Origin: Eledone cirrhosa
Taxonomy: Eukaryota
DNA: 64,000 nucleotides
Direction of reading: 5' to 3'
Assembly: GCA_964016885.1 (NCBI GenBank)
Contig: OZ024740.1
Location: 305,412,001-305,476,000, forward strand
The stretch's first letter is position 1, and every line of letters begins with the position of its first letter. The notes under the pieces were generated by a model. The model saw nothing but the letters and a program-made list of their open reading frames with translations, did not search any database and was not told where the DNA came from. The position numbers were made by a program, and so were the translations under genes. Shown piece after piece: positions 1-13,189 of the stretch.

Positions 1-2535
1 ACCAGGAAGAGAGAATCTGTACTGCTTTTTCCTGGCCCAAATCTGAACTACATCTCATCTAGATTAACCCAGTCCCTAATCAGCTGCACTATGACTTTAT
101 ATTACTTTCATGACCTGATGCCTCTATCAAGTGCATCTTCTTTACCCTTGTAGCAGTTGACAATGATGCTGCTGCACCAATCATTCGGTGTGATACCATT
201 TAATATTACTTGGTTTACAATATATGCGGTTAAGGTCTAACCAACCAACCCAGATGCTTTCGGCATCTCAGCAACTATCCCCTGCTTTTCATATCCTTAA
301 TTGCCTTACTACACCGCTGCTGACTTATACTGCTGGGTCCACTTCTGCCATGCATTCTCCTCATTCAGTAATGTTTCATAATGGCTCTTTCATGCTACTT
401 TCTTTTCTGTGTCTATGAGGGCAAATGCATCTTTATCATCACGAACACACTTCGTCACAGGAATTATAATTTCATCTTAGATTTACATATGGTAAAATTG
501 AAAATAAAATTACTGAAACACTAGAAAATAAAAAGTAAACTTTCTGCTATCATATTGTGGCTGAGTGGTTAGGGATGTCTAGTTCATCTAGATCATAAAG
601 CTGATTTCAATTTCCAGTGTGTCCTTGAGCAAGACACTTTATTTCACATTACTCCCAGTCTATGTAGTTAGATGGAGAGTACCTGTAATTCCAAGAAACA
701 AACTTTATAACTGTGACATACTGAATCTTCCTGAGAACTACATTAAGGCTACACGAGTCTGTGGAATGCTTTGCTACTTGCAGGTTAATTCTATGAGCAA
801 GCTGTTCCGTTGGTCAAACAACCGGGACACTTACCATTAGTACCAACAGAGGTCCGACATCAAATGATGCCTCACAATGCTACATATTTTACTCAACGTT
901 TTTTATAAATATACTTCAAAGCCTTTATATGTCAAAAGTAATATATCTAATTAATTCTTTGTTTATGAAGGATTTTAATTCCAAAGGAAACTGCTTGGAT
1001 TTATTCTAAATTAATACACTACCTAAAATTTATTAAACACAAGCAACAACAAAATACTGCTGTTTGTAGAAATCTAATTTTTTTTAATGAAATCTTGAAA
1101 ATGAATACAGTCTAAAACCTTTGTATCAAATAAAAATAAAATTGATTCCATGTACAGCATGATCAATAAGAGGTTCTTAATTTTTTTTAAATAGTTTGGC
1201 AACGGAATTTAGAAGCAAAACATTAAAACTATATTGTACAATTAAAATGCAAGTTACAAACTCACCCTAAGTTGTTTATGTTTTAGGACTTATGAGATTC
1301 ACTATCTCAACAGATATACAATCAATCACATTTTGCTCACACTGATTAGTGTGAGCAACAATGCAAAACATTGTGCTTACAAAATTGAGAAAAGATAAAA
1401 GGAAAAGAACAATTGAAGCAAATGAATATTGCAAGCAAGTTTGAAATTAAAATGAAACTTCAATTTTGAAAAGTCATAATTGTGTATTTAAGGAGTTTCA
1501 TTTTTAAGGCTTTTAAGAGACAGATTTTATAAAAGCAACAAGCTAGTGATGAATTAAGGATAATATCAGGTTACATCTTTTTGTTTCAATAAAAATATTT
1601 TGAGTGATGAATTTTAAATCTAAAGATTGGTGAATGTTTAGAATGATCAAAAATTATATGAAACACTCATCTCTTTCTCTCTCAAACACACAGCAAGCAA
1701 ATGGGTTTTCAATCAAGTATAACTGTGGCAATCTATGAAAGAGGTGACGATAAAAAGCTAGACAAAGCTTATTCTATGAAACAGGAATGTTAGAGCCAGA
1801 TGCGATTAAAACTCCAGCTAATACTAAAGCAATGGTCCCCGGATGGAAGGCAATAAGATTCATGAAACAATCTTCTAAAGCCTGCATCAATGCTCCTAGA
1901 TGTTAATAGCTGGAAGAGGTATAATCGAGAAAATATTTCAGGTTTATAAAAAAATAATACATGATAAATATTATCACTTTCAAAAGTAGAGAAAGACTAA
2001 TAAAACAGAAAATAATCGATAAAGTTAACAATGTCCCTGATTTCCGAGCAAAGGTTTTTACAACAGAAAGCCCATTTCTCTATCAACTAACAAATAGGAA
2101 GAAACGATGACAATTGGTAATAATAAAAATGAAAACAAAGCAGAACACACAAGCAAAATTTTACCAATTTACTAAGAGTTAATTTATTATGTAATTTAAT
2201 CAAAATGGACAGATCATCTAAAAAATAAAATACTAAATTGGCTTATGGGAGGGTGTGAAGGCAGTGCATAAATGTTTAAATTTTAGGTTATAGTTTCTTT
2301 TGAGTAGATGAACATACCAGTGACAAACATACAAACTACCTCAGATACTTGTTGTATCTAAAAACCCAGATTAACAGTGTATTTGATGAAGACATTGCTA
2401 CACCAGAGCCAAGCTAGCTGAGTTCATATAATTTCTAAACAAGTATTTTTTTTTAAAATTAGCTGCTAACAAGATGAAAATAGTGCATATTTGGAATAAA
2501 ATATTCTTATAGACTCTTACACACACTCTGCTCAC

Positions 2536-2652
2536 TTGCACACAACCAAGTTTTAAAAAGTCCATTCTTGGGTCTGATTTACTAGATGAAGATGAGAAGT
2601 CTTGATGCCAACATACTGCTCCTAGATTTAGACAGATGTATCCCAAATTATC
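2536..2652 (-). other. Candidate downstream (3' UTR or alternative) exon of the AT-hook gene
   Basis: Minus-strand acceptor ttttatttttgttttcag|GAT and donor CAA|gtgagc; 117 nt, open in phase 0; no recognisable protein motif. Confidence 0.3.
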
Positions 2653-3400
2653 CTGAAAACAAAAATAAAACATAGTTTACTCTATTAATTCTTGGTACAA
2701 TGGAAGTAAATAAACCTATGGCTAAGAAAGATTGTATTTCTCCCATTAAAAAGTGACAACTGTCTTAGTGTCAATCATGTAATAAATGACAAAAATAATC
2801 TAGAATAATGTAATTGGTAAGTATATGTCTAGAAAATGTTAAAGCAATGGTTATGATCAAATAAGTATTTTGATTAAGAGAAAAACGAATGTACTTGTAA
2901 ATGATATTACTAAATAAAAGAAATGTACACTGAACCTATGTATTTATTGCTGGCTGGCTATGTATATAATTTATTATCTCCAGTTAGGTAATATAAATCA
3001 TATTATATCATATATTTTCTACATAAAAATTGTAGAATTTAATTGATAATCCTTTTTATCACCTATTCACCAAATGGAAATATCACATTTTTTGAAATCA
3101 TATGAAAATAAATCTGTATAAACCCCATCTAACATTTCAATGAAGTTGTACATAAAATGTCCTAAGTTGGATGTGTCTTTCTTTTTAGGAAATAATGAAG
3201 ATTTTGAATATTTTATACATTAAAAATCATGAACTTTCTTACATTTAAGAAATTCTCTCATATATATATATATATACATACACACACACATACATATATC
3301 TAGGGAGTGTAACGCGAAGTTACTGTAGGTTCACCCAGGTGAGCACTCGTTTAGGTTCAGATCAGTATTGAGGTGTAGAGCTAGACAGAGTCTAATATAA

Positions 3401-3594
3401 TAATTGTTTCTACTTTAGGCACAAGGCCGCCAGCAATTACCCAGTACATTACTGGTACTTTATTTTATTGACCCCGTAAGGATGAAAAACAAAGCTAACT
3501 TTGGCAGGATTTGAACTCAGATTGTAAAGGGACGTAACTATGCTAGAAAGCATGGCGTCCGACCCTCTACCGATAATGCCAATTCACCGCCCTT
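3401..3594 (-). mobile_element. tRNA-derived SINE, family B
   Basis: A-box/B-box-like head (TGGCATTATCGG; GAGTTCAAATCC) on minus; 14-bp TSD AGAGTCTAATATAA at 3387-3400 and 3595-3608; homologous to other copies in the window. Confidence 0.85.
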
Positions 3595-3610
3595 AGAGTC
3601 TAATATAAGG

Positions 3611-3862
3611 AATACAAGGACGAATGGTTACACCTTCATTAGCTTTATGGGTTGGGAACGCGTGTTTTGCTACTGATCAGCTCAAGGTTCGATCTGGCCC
3701 AACTCTGGAATCAAAAGCTCGTCGGAGTAAGTACTACTACTACAGAGCACGATGAGCTTTTCATTCTAGAGTCGGGCCAGTTGAACCTTGAGCTGATCAG
3801 TAGCAAAACACGTGTTACCAACCAATAAATGTAATGAGGGTGTAACCATTCGTTCTTGTATT
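3611..3862. repeat. Long imperfect inverted repeat (fold-back), probably derived from a Penelope pseudo-LTR
   Basis: Arms ~3611-3724 and ~3749-3862 are reverse complements (e.g. gtgttttgctactgatcagctcaaggttc / gaaccttgagctgatcagtagcaaaacac). Confidence 0.85.
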
Positions 3863-5915
3863 ATTATACACACACATATTCTATTCCCAAAGAAAAATCA
3901 GAAAAGTGCATACTTTTATGCTTGCTCTCCAGGCTAGCATGGTCTAAGTAATCTCATCTTGCTCATAAATTCCATATTTGGCATGGTTACTACATCTGAA
4001 AGCCCTTCTTAATGCCAACAACTTTACAGAGTAGTTTCAGTGCATTATATTATGACACCTGCACAAGAAAGGTTATCACATCTAATCTGAAGAGTCCTCT
4101 CACAACCTATACTGTATCCATTTGATGACCAAACACTAGCCTCTAATCACACACCACACATTTACTTTTAGTGTTGCAGTGCTTGTACTCTAATACTCAA
4201 CTTTTCTCTCAATTCACTTCTGCCCCAGCATTCATGCACATTACACAGCCAATGAAGCATGCTGGGAAATTTGCAGTCAGCTAAAATAAAGACTTTTTAT
4301 CGTGATGCAGTCATATTGCTTTATCCTTTTCTAGAAAATTTTGCTAATGTAGTTTCATGAAAATACAGGACTTTAAACTAATTTAAAGTAGAATTGCTAA
4401 CTGTGAGAATAAGAAAAAGAATCCTTTTCTACCATTGGCTTATGTAGGCAGATGTTCAGCACTATTCTTCATGGATGGGCTGTTGCCATGATAGGCAAGC
4501 TCCTCAAAGATATTTCAAATGAAGGAGGTACTGAAGAATGATAACTGTGGAAACGACAGGTCTGGTCTGTGGGGTGCAGGTGGTAGACAACTAAATAAAT
4601 GTGATGCAGGGAGAAGAAAAGTTTGTTGCGTGTAGGTGGTATATAACTAAATAGTTCTGAGAAATACTATTGTATCAAAAGAATAGGCAGAGAGAAGACA
4701 AAATGACTGCAGCAGAGATTGTTGTATAATCGCATATGTAGCAGCAGTACCATCTGTAGGTTTGGTTTTGTAGAGGGTCAGCAACTGAAGCATTTTCTCA
4801 GCCTGAAACAGGGGCCCAAGTTTATCGACCTCTGGTGGTGGGCCCTGGAAACTGGTCACTGAGCTCTGATCTCAATCAGGCAAATAACAACAACACGAGA
4901 CCAATTCATATGCAAGAACTAGAAACCCCAAAACAATGGTTAGTTTTAGGGGATGCAGTTTTACCTATGATTCACATGTGTGGCATTGTCACATAAGACC
5001 GTCTTAACCCTTTTATTATGCATTTCAATTAAATTCTGAAATAGTGAATTTTTATAAAACCATGACCATTTGTATTTATTTATTAAAACAATACTTTTAA
5101 CACAGTTGTTAAAATGCTCTTACATAATAATCCAACCCTTGCTAGCAGAAAAAGCAGAAATTAAAAAGATGAAGATAATTCTATTATGGAATGATCTCAA
5201 AATTACAAATAAAATTTGCAATATAAAGTGTCACTATATAAAATTAGTTATTAGCCAATATATTACATAGATGAACATTATTTTGACAAAAAGACACCAG
5301 TTTGTATATTGATCTCCTTTGTTGACATCTTGTATAGCAATTGGTGGAGTGAATTTTGTTTTTTTTATATTCCTGAAAAGACAGGATTTAATCAGTTTCC
5401 CCTGATGATATAAAAGCTATTATTTTTTCCCCTTCAAATGTCCCAGAAAATAACAATATTAAAAAAGAAAAACAAAAAAAATGTATAAATGTAATAGATT
5501 ATAATAGTTATATGAGTAGATGGGATGAATCAAATTACTCAGTTGGTAAACAAGGTAATAAGTGGTGACAATACCTGGTTTGGTATATAGCAAATATGAG
5601 TATTGTATATGCTTTTTTTTTTAAAACTATATACTAAACCGCAGTGGTCTCAAAGTGTCTGTAACTATCTGCATGAAGCAACACAGTTGAGGACATTGTA
5701 TTCTTAAAAAGAAAATGTTTAAATACTGGAGGGAAGGCAAAAGCTGACAAGAGGGATAGTCCTCAGAATCCATCCGATCAACAATTGATGGTCACAAAAG
5801 ACAGTGTCAAGAATGCCAACATAAAAATAGGGAAACTCCAATCTACATTCTGCATTATTCAAATAATTTACATCTTTCCATGAAAGAAAAATGATTTAAT
5901 TTGTAAATCATCATT

Positions 5916-6256
5916 CATCATCATTTCATTTTACGTCCGCTTTTTCCCTACTTGCAAGGGTGGGACGGGAACTGATTCTGGCTTGATTTCTACAGCTGGA
6001 TGCCCTTCCTAACACCAACCTCATTTACAGTGAGTGCTGGGTGCTTTTTTTGCCGTGGCACCTCCACGACCACTTTGCAGTGGAATGATATGGACGCCAG
6101 TCCCTATCATCTCATTTCTACAGCTGAGAAAACTGGAGCAATGTGAAATAATAAAGTGTCTTGCTCAAGGAAACAACACATCACCCGGTCTGAGAATTGA
6201 ACTCACAACCTTTCGATTGCAAGGCCAATGCTCTAATCACTAAGCCATGTGCCTCC
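5916..6256 (-). mobile_element. Full-length tRNA/CORE-like SINE, family A, with RTE-type 3' tail
   Basis: Minus strand reads GGAGGCACATGGCTTAGTG..GAGTTCAATTCTC (Pol III boxes), TCCTTGAGCAAGACACTT (CORE-like), AGGAAGGGCATCCAG module and (GAT)n tail; near-identical to 9028-9368 and 15427-15756. Confidence 0.85.
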
Positions 6257-6775
6257 AAATATATAATTTAATTTTTATATACATATTTTCAAATTTATTT
6301 CATTTACCAGTAAGTTTAGTGACATTATGATTAATGAATCATTGTGCTTGTGTATTAATGTGTATGTGTGCGTGTTTATCTCACAGTTTAGTATGTTTGT
6401 GAATTTATTTCATCTTGTTTTCTTCAAACATGAATTCCACCATATTACTTTTATCACACCTTTCAAGTTCACTTGAAAATGTATATTATAATCGTTATAT
6501 ACCCAGTAAAATATCGATTAACGATTCATTTTATATGACGATATGCAAACAATTTTACATTTTATGGGAGTTACCTGTAATTAGAAAAGTTTTGAAACAA
6601 AAATTATATAAATTTATTAAAAAACCTTTTGTTAGGTTGTGTTCCAAAGACCACATCCATATATCAAGTAAACATGTTATAGTTATTTGACGGAACCAGC
6701 TAGTATTCTTTATTTTGTATTTTAGTTAGAAATATAGTAACAAAAAGGGCTAGTGAAGTTATTGAAATTACTTAC

Positions 6776-6823
6776 TTATTCTTTCCTGGGCCTTCCAGGT
6801 TTCTTGTGTTTACGCACAGTTAC
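6776..6823 (-). CDS. AT-hook protein (HMGA/D1-like), coding exon 10: VTVRKHKKPGRPRKE*
   Basis: Acceptor ctttccttcag|GTA; 48 nt, phase 0; AT-hook KKPGRPRK; TAA immediately followed by gtaagt. Confidence 0.8.
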   Translation of the reverse strand, partial: VTVRKHKKPGRPRKE

Positions 6824-7058
6824 CTGAAGGAAAGACAGATTACACAGAATAATTATAAACAAACAACTATGAAATTCAACTGTCCAATGTAATCAAATAC
6901 CAACAAACTTAAATTTAGACACCCAATTACGCTAATCAAAATAGCCTAAACCTTTATATATATTCATGTTAATCATGAAAAACCCTCCTTGCTAGAAATG
7001 GAAGTTCTAATTATCAAAAGTTTTGTTTAGAAAGAAACCGAGAAGAAAACTTAAATAC

Positions 7059-7088
7059 CTTTCCCGATTTGTTCTCACCATCAGCAAC
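7059..7088 (-). CDS. AT-hook protein, coding exon 9 (linker): VADGENKSGK
   Basis: Acceptor ttctttcttatttag|GTT, donor AAG|gtattt; 30 nt, phase 0, open. Confidence 0.65.
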
Positions 7089-7964
7089 CTAAATAAGAAA
7101 GAAAAATTATTAAGCATAACAGTTAACTTTGTTTGATATAAACTGCCTGAATATTTTAAGGATTGCTAAGAAGAATATTAAATCTATGCTATTAGTATTA
7201 TTATTAGAAATACCAATTATGTAAGATTGTGTCTCAGTAGGCACCTCTTAACCAAATATTCACCCCAATCCACTACCCCTACTCCATCCTCCCACCAACA
7301 CCCTTTCTCTGTAAAGTTGGTACCACAACATCCAGTCCAAATAAATGAGATAATGATGTCACGACAAAAAAAAAAAAAGTCCATGCTCTAATGTGGCCGT
7401 GTAGGTAACACGATAAAAAGTTCCCAGTCCACACTGTAAATGTGGTTGGTATTAGGAAGGGCATCCCGCCGTAGAAAACCTGCCAGATAGTCCTATATGA
7501 GCAAGACACGTTCACCCGACCAGCCTTGCCTCAAATTGGGACAACTCCCGCCTAACCCATGCTAGCGTGGAAGATGGACGTTAAATGATGATGATTCATG
7601 ACAAAGTCTTATTTCCTATATTGAAATCATTTAAATGTAGTTAGGATTTGTAGAATATCAACTATTTCAACCAAATAAGACTAGTATGATTTTTACTATT
7701 TGGCACGATACTTCTGGAAGAGGTAGACTTAAGACATGGGATTGGAGGCCAACCTTATGAAACTAAACCTTTTAACAGAGATAACAAGGGACTACAAGAG
7801 TTGGAGACCTGTGAGCTAATTAATCCACTAAAACTAATCCAGGACCACTACGGCCTCATTTAAATCTTAAACCACCTGTCTTAATAGCTGCTTGCACCAT
7901 ATTGTCATGCCCTAACACACTGCCGTTTACCATATCACACTTCCTCTTTTATTGTATTCACTAA

Positions 7965-8324
7965 AAGCCACAAGAATCCGCCACCACCAAAGGACTACTG
8001 CCACATGAAATTTCGTGTGGACATCACATCTCAGCTACGTGGAGGATATACTTCTCGCAAACACAAAGCTGGGAGAAAGTCAAAATTATCTGAGGTGAAC
8101 AAAGAAAATATTGATTTTCACAAAGTGGAGAAAATTGATGGGAGGAAGGATTGTCGAATGTGTTCTTTGCAAAAGAGAAAAACTGCTAAAGGTTATCCAA
8201 TTGAAATCTCGTTTATGTGTTCCTTTTGCAAAGTGCCATTATGTAAAGGCTGTTTTGGCCAATATTATGTACGTGAATAGATAAGCATGACATTTGAAAA
8301 TTAATGTGAATGCTAAAGGGTTAA
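7965..8324 (+). mobile_element. piggyBac transposon 3' relic (C-terminal Cys-rich zinc-ribbon domain plus right TIR)
   Basis: ORF 8005-8280 has H..CRMC..CSFCKVPLCKGCF, the piggyBac/PGBD C-terminal Cys-rich pattern; ends in TAATGTGAATGCTAAAGGG|TTAA. Confidence 0.75.
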
Positions 8325-8904
8325 CCTAGGTGTTTGAAATATTAGCCTCCAATTTAAGCTTATTAAATGCTAAAAATGAGAATTCCTTTTTCTCAACATA
8401 AAACACCTTTCTTCTTTTACTATAGAATTAAGGAACCTGACTAGAATTATGCTTTATTTAGTCTTTGTTTTTTGTTTTATTTAGGTATATATATATATAT
8501 ATATATATATAATCATCGTTTAACGTCCATTTTCCACGCTAGCATGGGTTAGACAATATATATATATTTTTCTTCTATGTGGATGTTATTTTTGTATCTA
8601 TGTATGTACTTACCTTTTCTATTCTGTATTTTTATTTTTTTCTATAGATTTTGTATATTCAGGTATATTTCTAGATTTCATTTTATGAGGAAATAGATTG
8701 ATTTTTTTTATATGTATTTATGTATGTGTATATGTGAATGTGCACACCCATATATATGTGAGTGTTAGGTATGCATTTATGTCTTTGTATTTATGAATAC
8801 AGGTATGAGTGTATATGTATGTGCATGTATGTATCTTTATTTTATGTGTGTGTATTTACATGTATATATTTGTGTATTTTTATATACGAGTGCATGGATG
8901 GGAC

Positions 8905-8937
<33 letters not shown>

Positions 8938-9027
8938 GATGATGATATATATGTGTATATATGTGCGTATGCATTTGTATGCAGTTATGTATGTACGTGT
9001 ATGTGGGTGTATATATAAATGTTAGTA

Positions 9028-9368
9028 TCATCATCATCATTTCATTTTACGTCCGCTTTTTCCCTGCTTGCAAGGGTGGGACGGGAACTGATTCTGGCTT
9101 GATTTCTACAGCTGGATGCCCTTCCTAACACCAACCTCATTTACAGTGAGTGCTGGGTGCTTTTTTGCCGTGGCACCTCCACGACCACTTTACAGTGGAA
9201 TGATAGGGACCCCAGTCCCTATCATCTCATTTCTACAGCTGAGTAAACTGGAGCAATGTGAAATAAAGTGTCTTGCTCAAGGAAACAACACATCACCAGG
9301 TCTGAGAATTGAACTCAACTTTTTTTGATTGCAAGGCCAATGCTCTTACCACTAAGCCATGTGCCTCC
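9028..9368 (-). mobile_element. Full-length SINE, family A
   Basis: Near-identical to 5916-6256; embedded in a (TA/TG)n low-complexity tract. Confidence 0.85.
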
Positions 9369-10454
9369 ACATATGTATGTATTATGTATTATGTATGTTT
9401 ATATTTGTATATATGTGTGTATGTAAATATGTATACGTATATGTCTATTTTTTCCTTCTTATCTGTTATATTTTTTATCAAGTTTATATTTCTCATCTAT
9501 TTATTATTTTAAAATAAGTTTTTATAGTAATGTGCTAGAGCGGTTTGACGTATTTCTATAGCTGGACAACATAGATTTTCTATGCATTATGGCGCCATGT
9601 CGGATTTTTAAAATGTAAACATTTTCTTTGGCTGTTGTGTGTTTTGGTGAGGTTATAATGAGGTTTTTAATCTTAAATAACTGATTTTGACAAGCCCTAG
9701 GAAGGGGATGAAGCGTTCGTAAATCAGTATTTAATGTAAAAACGTATTTTGTATATATTTTAATCAATAATTTGCTTCATGTATAATTATTATTTTTAGC
9801 ACAATAGGATTTTGTCTACATGCTTTGTTGGAATATTCTTTCAAAGTATGAAATATAGCCTTTTGTACTGCTTATTATAATAAATTACTCTATTTTGAGC
9901 TGTTTTAACTTCATCTATGTTTCTAATTTTTTATATCGTTTTTGTAAAAAATGGTATTTATGTATGTATGCATGCATGCATGTATGTATATCCTGTCTAG
10001 TCCATTCATACATATTACTATTTTTCAGGTCTCAAAATTTGTCCCGTTTCCTATCATCTTAATCGAAAATATTCCATCTCCTTTTCTGGGTGGGAAATGC
10101 TAATGGGCTCGATGGAGTAGGGATTATGTTAGCAAAAAAAAAGAAAGATGGGTAGATAAGGTTATTGCTGTATGCATGTGAACATGTGGTCAGGAAATAA
10201 GTATTTTTTAAAAATATTATCTAGTGATTCTGACAATTTCTCTATAAAGGAATTAAATAATGAATTGAACCTTGTTGATTATTTTTTCATTTATATAAGC
10301 TCTGTGATTTTGCAAATATACGATGACTGGAAATTTACAAATTAGATATAACTCTGAACTGCCTTTTACCAATTTTGATGTGGATAAAATTACATTAGAG
10401 CTTTAAATATCTGACTGCCTTATAACAGTTGTATCACCAATTCATATAATTTGC

Positions 10455-10485
<31 letters not shown>

Positions 10486-10675
10486 TAGAGAGACTGCAGC
10501 TAATTGTTTGTCATTGCTACAAAGATGGTAAGGAAGACAGATTCAGTTTATTTAAACAAAATATAATTTATATATCTAAATAGAAAACATCACAAAGACA
10601 GGAGGAAAAAAAAAGCTACAGCTAAAATACTGTGAATGCCCCAAATCTAAAATTTATGTATTAAGCTTTGCTAAT

Positions 10676-10802
10676 ACACATCAGATCTAGCAACCTGTGC
10701 TACAATGGGAACACAACACACCTACACAGGTGAGATACATCAAATCTAACACACTGTGCTATATTGGCAACACAACACAATACACCTACACAAGTGGGAT
10801 AC
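10676..10802. repeat. Two-copy ~60-bp tandem repeat
   Basis: acatca[g/a]atcta..ctgtgcta..acacaacac..acacctacaca.gtg.gat occurs twice. Confidence 0.65.
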
Positions 10803-11304
10803 CATTAAGTTTTTTCTTTTTAAACTTGAGTTTGAAAATGGTAGGATGACTGAAATTTATGAATTACAATAGTAAATTTAAGGACTTCATTAGCAAAATA
10901 TTGCTATTTTTAAAGAAAAAATATCAAATAGCTGAAGAAATCCTTAAGAATAGTGTTCCTTTTGTAGATACTGTTGTTAAAATAACCATTATGATGTACA
11001 AACAAAACAATTATAATGGTCTCTAAAATTTACCAACGCTCTTCACTGAAGCTCCCCACACACTCACACCAATTATAACATTTAATGAATGAGTCAGTCG
11101 TCTGTGGTCTCTAACCTGCCAAAAATAGCAAAAAATTCACTCTTAAATTGCAACCTACTATTTTTCAAGGGAAAACACTATACCAGAATATAAAATAAGA
11201 TAGACACAGAGCACTTTTAAACATAAATCTGATGGATCATGGTTGGCATGGGCTAAGCAATAATATTTTAAGTCTATGTAATCTAAACAGAAAAAAAGAC
11301 TTAC

Positions 11305-11346
11305 TGGATTTTTGCATGGCCTACCCCTTTTTTTTTTATGGGCAAC
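11305..11346 (-). CDS. AT-hook protein, coding exon 8: VAHKKKRGRPCKNP
   Basis: Acceptor ttctattttctag|GTT, donor CCA|gtaagt; 42 nt, phase 0; AT-hook KKRGRP. Confidence 0.8.
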
Positions 11347-12099
11347 CTAGAAAATAGAAATATATCACATAAACAATGTATAACAGAAATAAACTTATAA
11401 TGAAAACACAACATTAAACCAATACGGTATAGGTGACATTTTTATATCTCTCTGACAAGCTTAATTTTGAGGGAGAGAGATATTTATCGTCAGTACTTAT
11501 TTCTATGTTCACACTCAATATGAACTACAACCATAGATCAAAGCCATAAGCTTTGTTGTAAATCTCACTAACAATTTCACAGGTTACCAATAAAGTAGCA
11601 ATGTGATAATCTTAAAGATATATAAGACTACTTTGGCACCACAATATAATTATTGGTACAGTCATTATTTTCTTATTTATTTTCATAATGGCTCGCTCTA
11701 CTTTAGTTTTACCATCACCAAGTTTTCAAATCCTTTCCTAATATATTTCTGATTTTAACATGCAATGTTTGTCTCTTTTTGAAAAGGCTTGTTTTCATCC
11801 AACTTCCTGTGGATGTGTGTTTAATAGTAGAGCTCTAAATATTTGAATACTAATGTGGTTTTTAATGCATGAAATTTGTGGTGGGATACTGAACTGATTG
11901 TTTAAATTCTGATAATGTAAATAACCTCGGAAAATAGTCCTGAAAGTGAGGATTTCCAGAGAAGAAATGTAAGTAATGTCAGACAATAATATTGAAAGGG
12001 AGGATTTCCAGAAGAAATTGTATCCAAACAGTCATCATCATGATTCAAACCCCATTGAATATTTACATTTGCTTCTTTTAAATTATGGCATTTTTATCA

Positions 12100-12512
12100 T
12101 ATGGAAGCCGCGGAGTGGAGAGACCTAAGACCTGGGATGAGGTGTTAGAAGCCGACCATACCCAATTACACCTCTCAAAGGCGATGACACGCGACCGTGA
12201 CCTCTGGCGTCACGCAGTAATACAGAAGACCCAAACCCCCACGGGTACAAGCCGAAGCTGAAGCATATAGACAATATGCCCCCCACACCCTTCCACTGCA
12301 AAGTGGACGTGTAGGCGCCACGGAAAAAAAAGCACCCGGCACTCACTGTAAATGAGGTTGGTGTTAGGAAGGGCATGCAGCTGTAAAAATCGAGCCAGAA
12401 TCAGTTCCCGTATGAACAAGACAAGGTCAGCCGACCGGACACTGCTCACAACAGGACAACCCGTCTAACCCATGCCAGCGTGGAAGAACAGACGTAAAAC
12501 GGTGATGATGAT
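12100..12512 (+). mobile_element. 3' end of RTE-type LINE (5'-truncated)
   Basis: GRPKTW-like terminal codons, cagtaatacagaagaccc, AGGAAGGGCAT module and (GAT)n tail as at 20700-21197. Confidence 0.65.
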
Positions 12513-12998
12513 AACTGTTTCTACATTTGGCACAAGGCCAACAATTTGAAGGGAAGGGGAATGTCGATTAAATCGATCTCAGTGCATTACTCGTACTTTA
12601 TTTTTATTGGCGCTGTAAAGATGAATGGCAAAGCTAACCATCGCAAAATTTAAATTCTGCTAATCCACTACCCTTATTTTTTGTCATGAATATAACATTC
12701 CATTTATTAATCAATTTTATATAATATTAGCCAATAATCTATATTAAATGGTGATACGTGTACATAATTTAAATAAATTTATATTTGGACAAAAATTCAT
12801 AAATAGATTTATGTAAAAACCTTTTAAATTATATTTGAAATACTACTTTAATCCACTTTTGATATAAAACCACCTTTGGTTTTATGCAATAAACAAGACT
12901 ATTTTGATAAATCCCAACAAATTCTTGATTAAGTGAAAATTAAGAACTGCATCTTATTAAAAATATGGTAGGAAAAAGATTAAGAAAGTATTATTTAC

Positions 12999-13046
12999 AG
13001 GTCTTGAACGTGGTCTTCCTCTAGGTTTCTGTTCTTTGATAGACTC
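12999..13046 (-). CDS. AT-hook protein, coding exon 7: ESIKEQKPRGRPRSRP
   Basis: Acceptor ttttctttcttag|GAG, donor CCT|gtaaat; 48 nt, phase 0; PRGRP core. Confidence 0.8.
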
Positions 13047-13141
13047 CTAAGAAAGAAAACAAAAAGCACAAATAAGTGAAAATTATTAACTGTATCATAT
13101 TAGAAATATGGTAGGAAAAAGATTAAGAAAGTATTATTTAC

Positions 13142-13189
13142 AGGCTTTGAGCGTGGTCTTCCTCTAGGTTTCTGTACTTTGTTAGTGTC
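13142..13189 (-). CDS. AT-hook protein, coding exon 6: DTNKVQKPRGRPRSKP
   Basis: Acceptor ttttctttcttag|GAC, donor CCT|gtaaat; 48 nt, phase 0; PRGRP core; paralogous to 12999-13046. Confidence 0.8.

Noticed and set aside
4480-4960. Relatively GC-rich segments (also 1-420 and 52440-52850) that may be ancient LINE remnants
   Set aside because: Too degenerate to assign by eye
6034-6243. Recurrent ORF ...EQCEIKCLAQGNNTSPGLRIELTTF (also 9116, 15439, 50223)
   Set aside because: Antisense reading of SINE family A, not a gene family
8762-9040. Overlapping ORFs rich in Y/I/C/V/M/H (also 33377-34468, 61308-61626, 63033-63257)
   Set aside because: Translations of (TA)n/(TG)n/(CA)n low-complexity sequence
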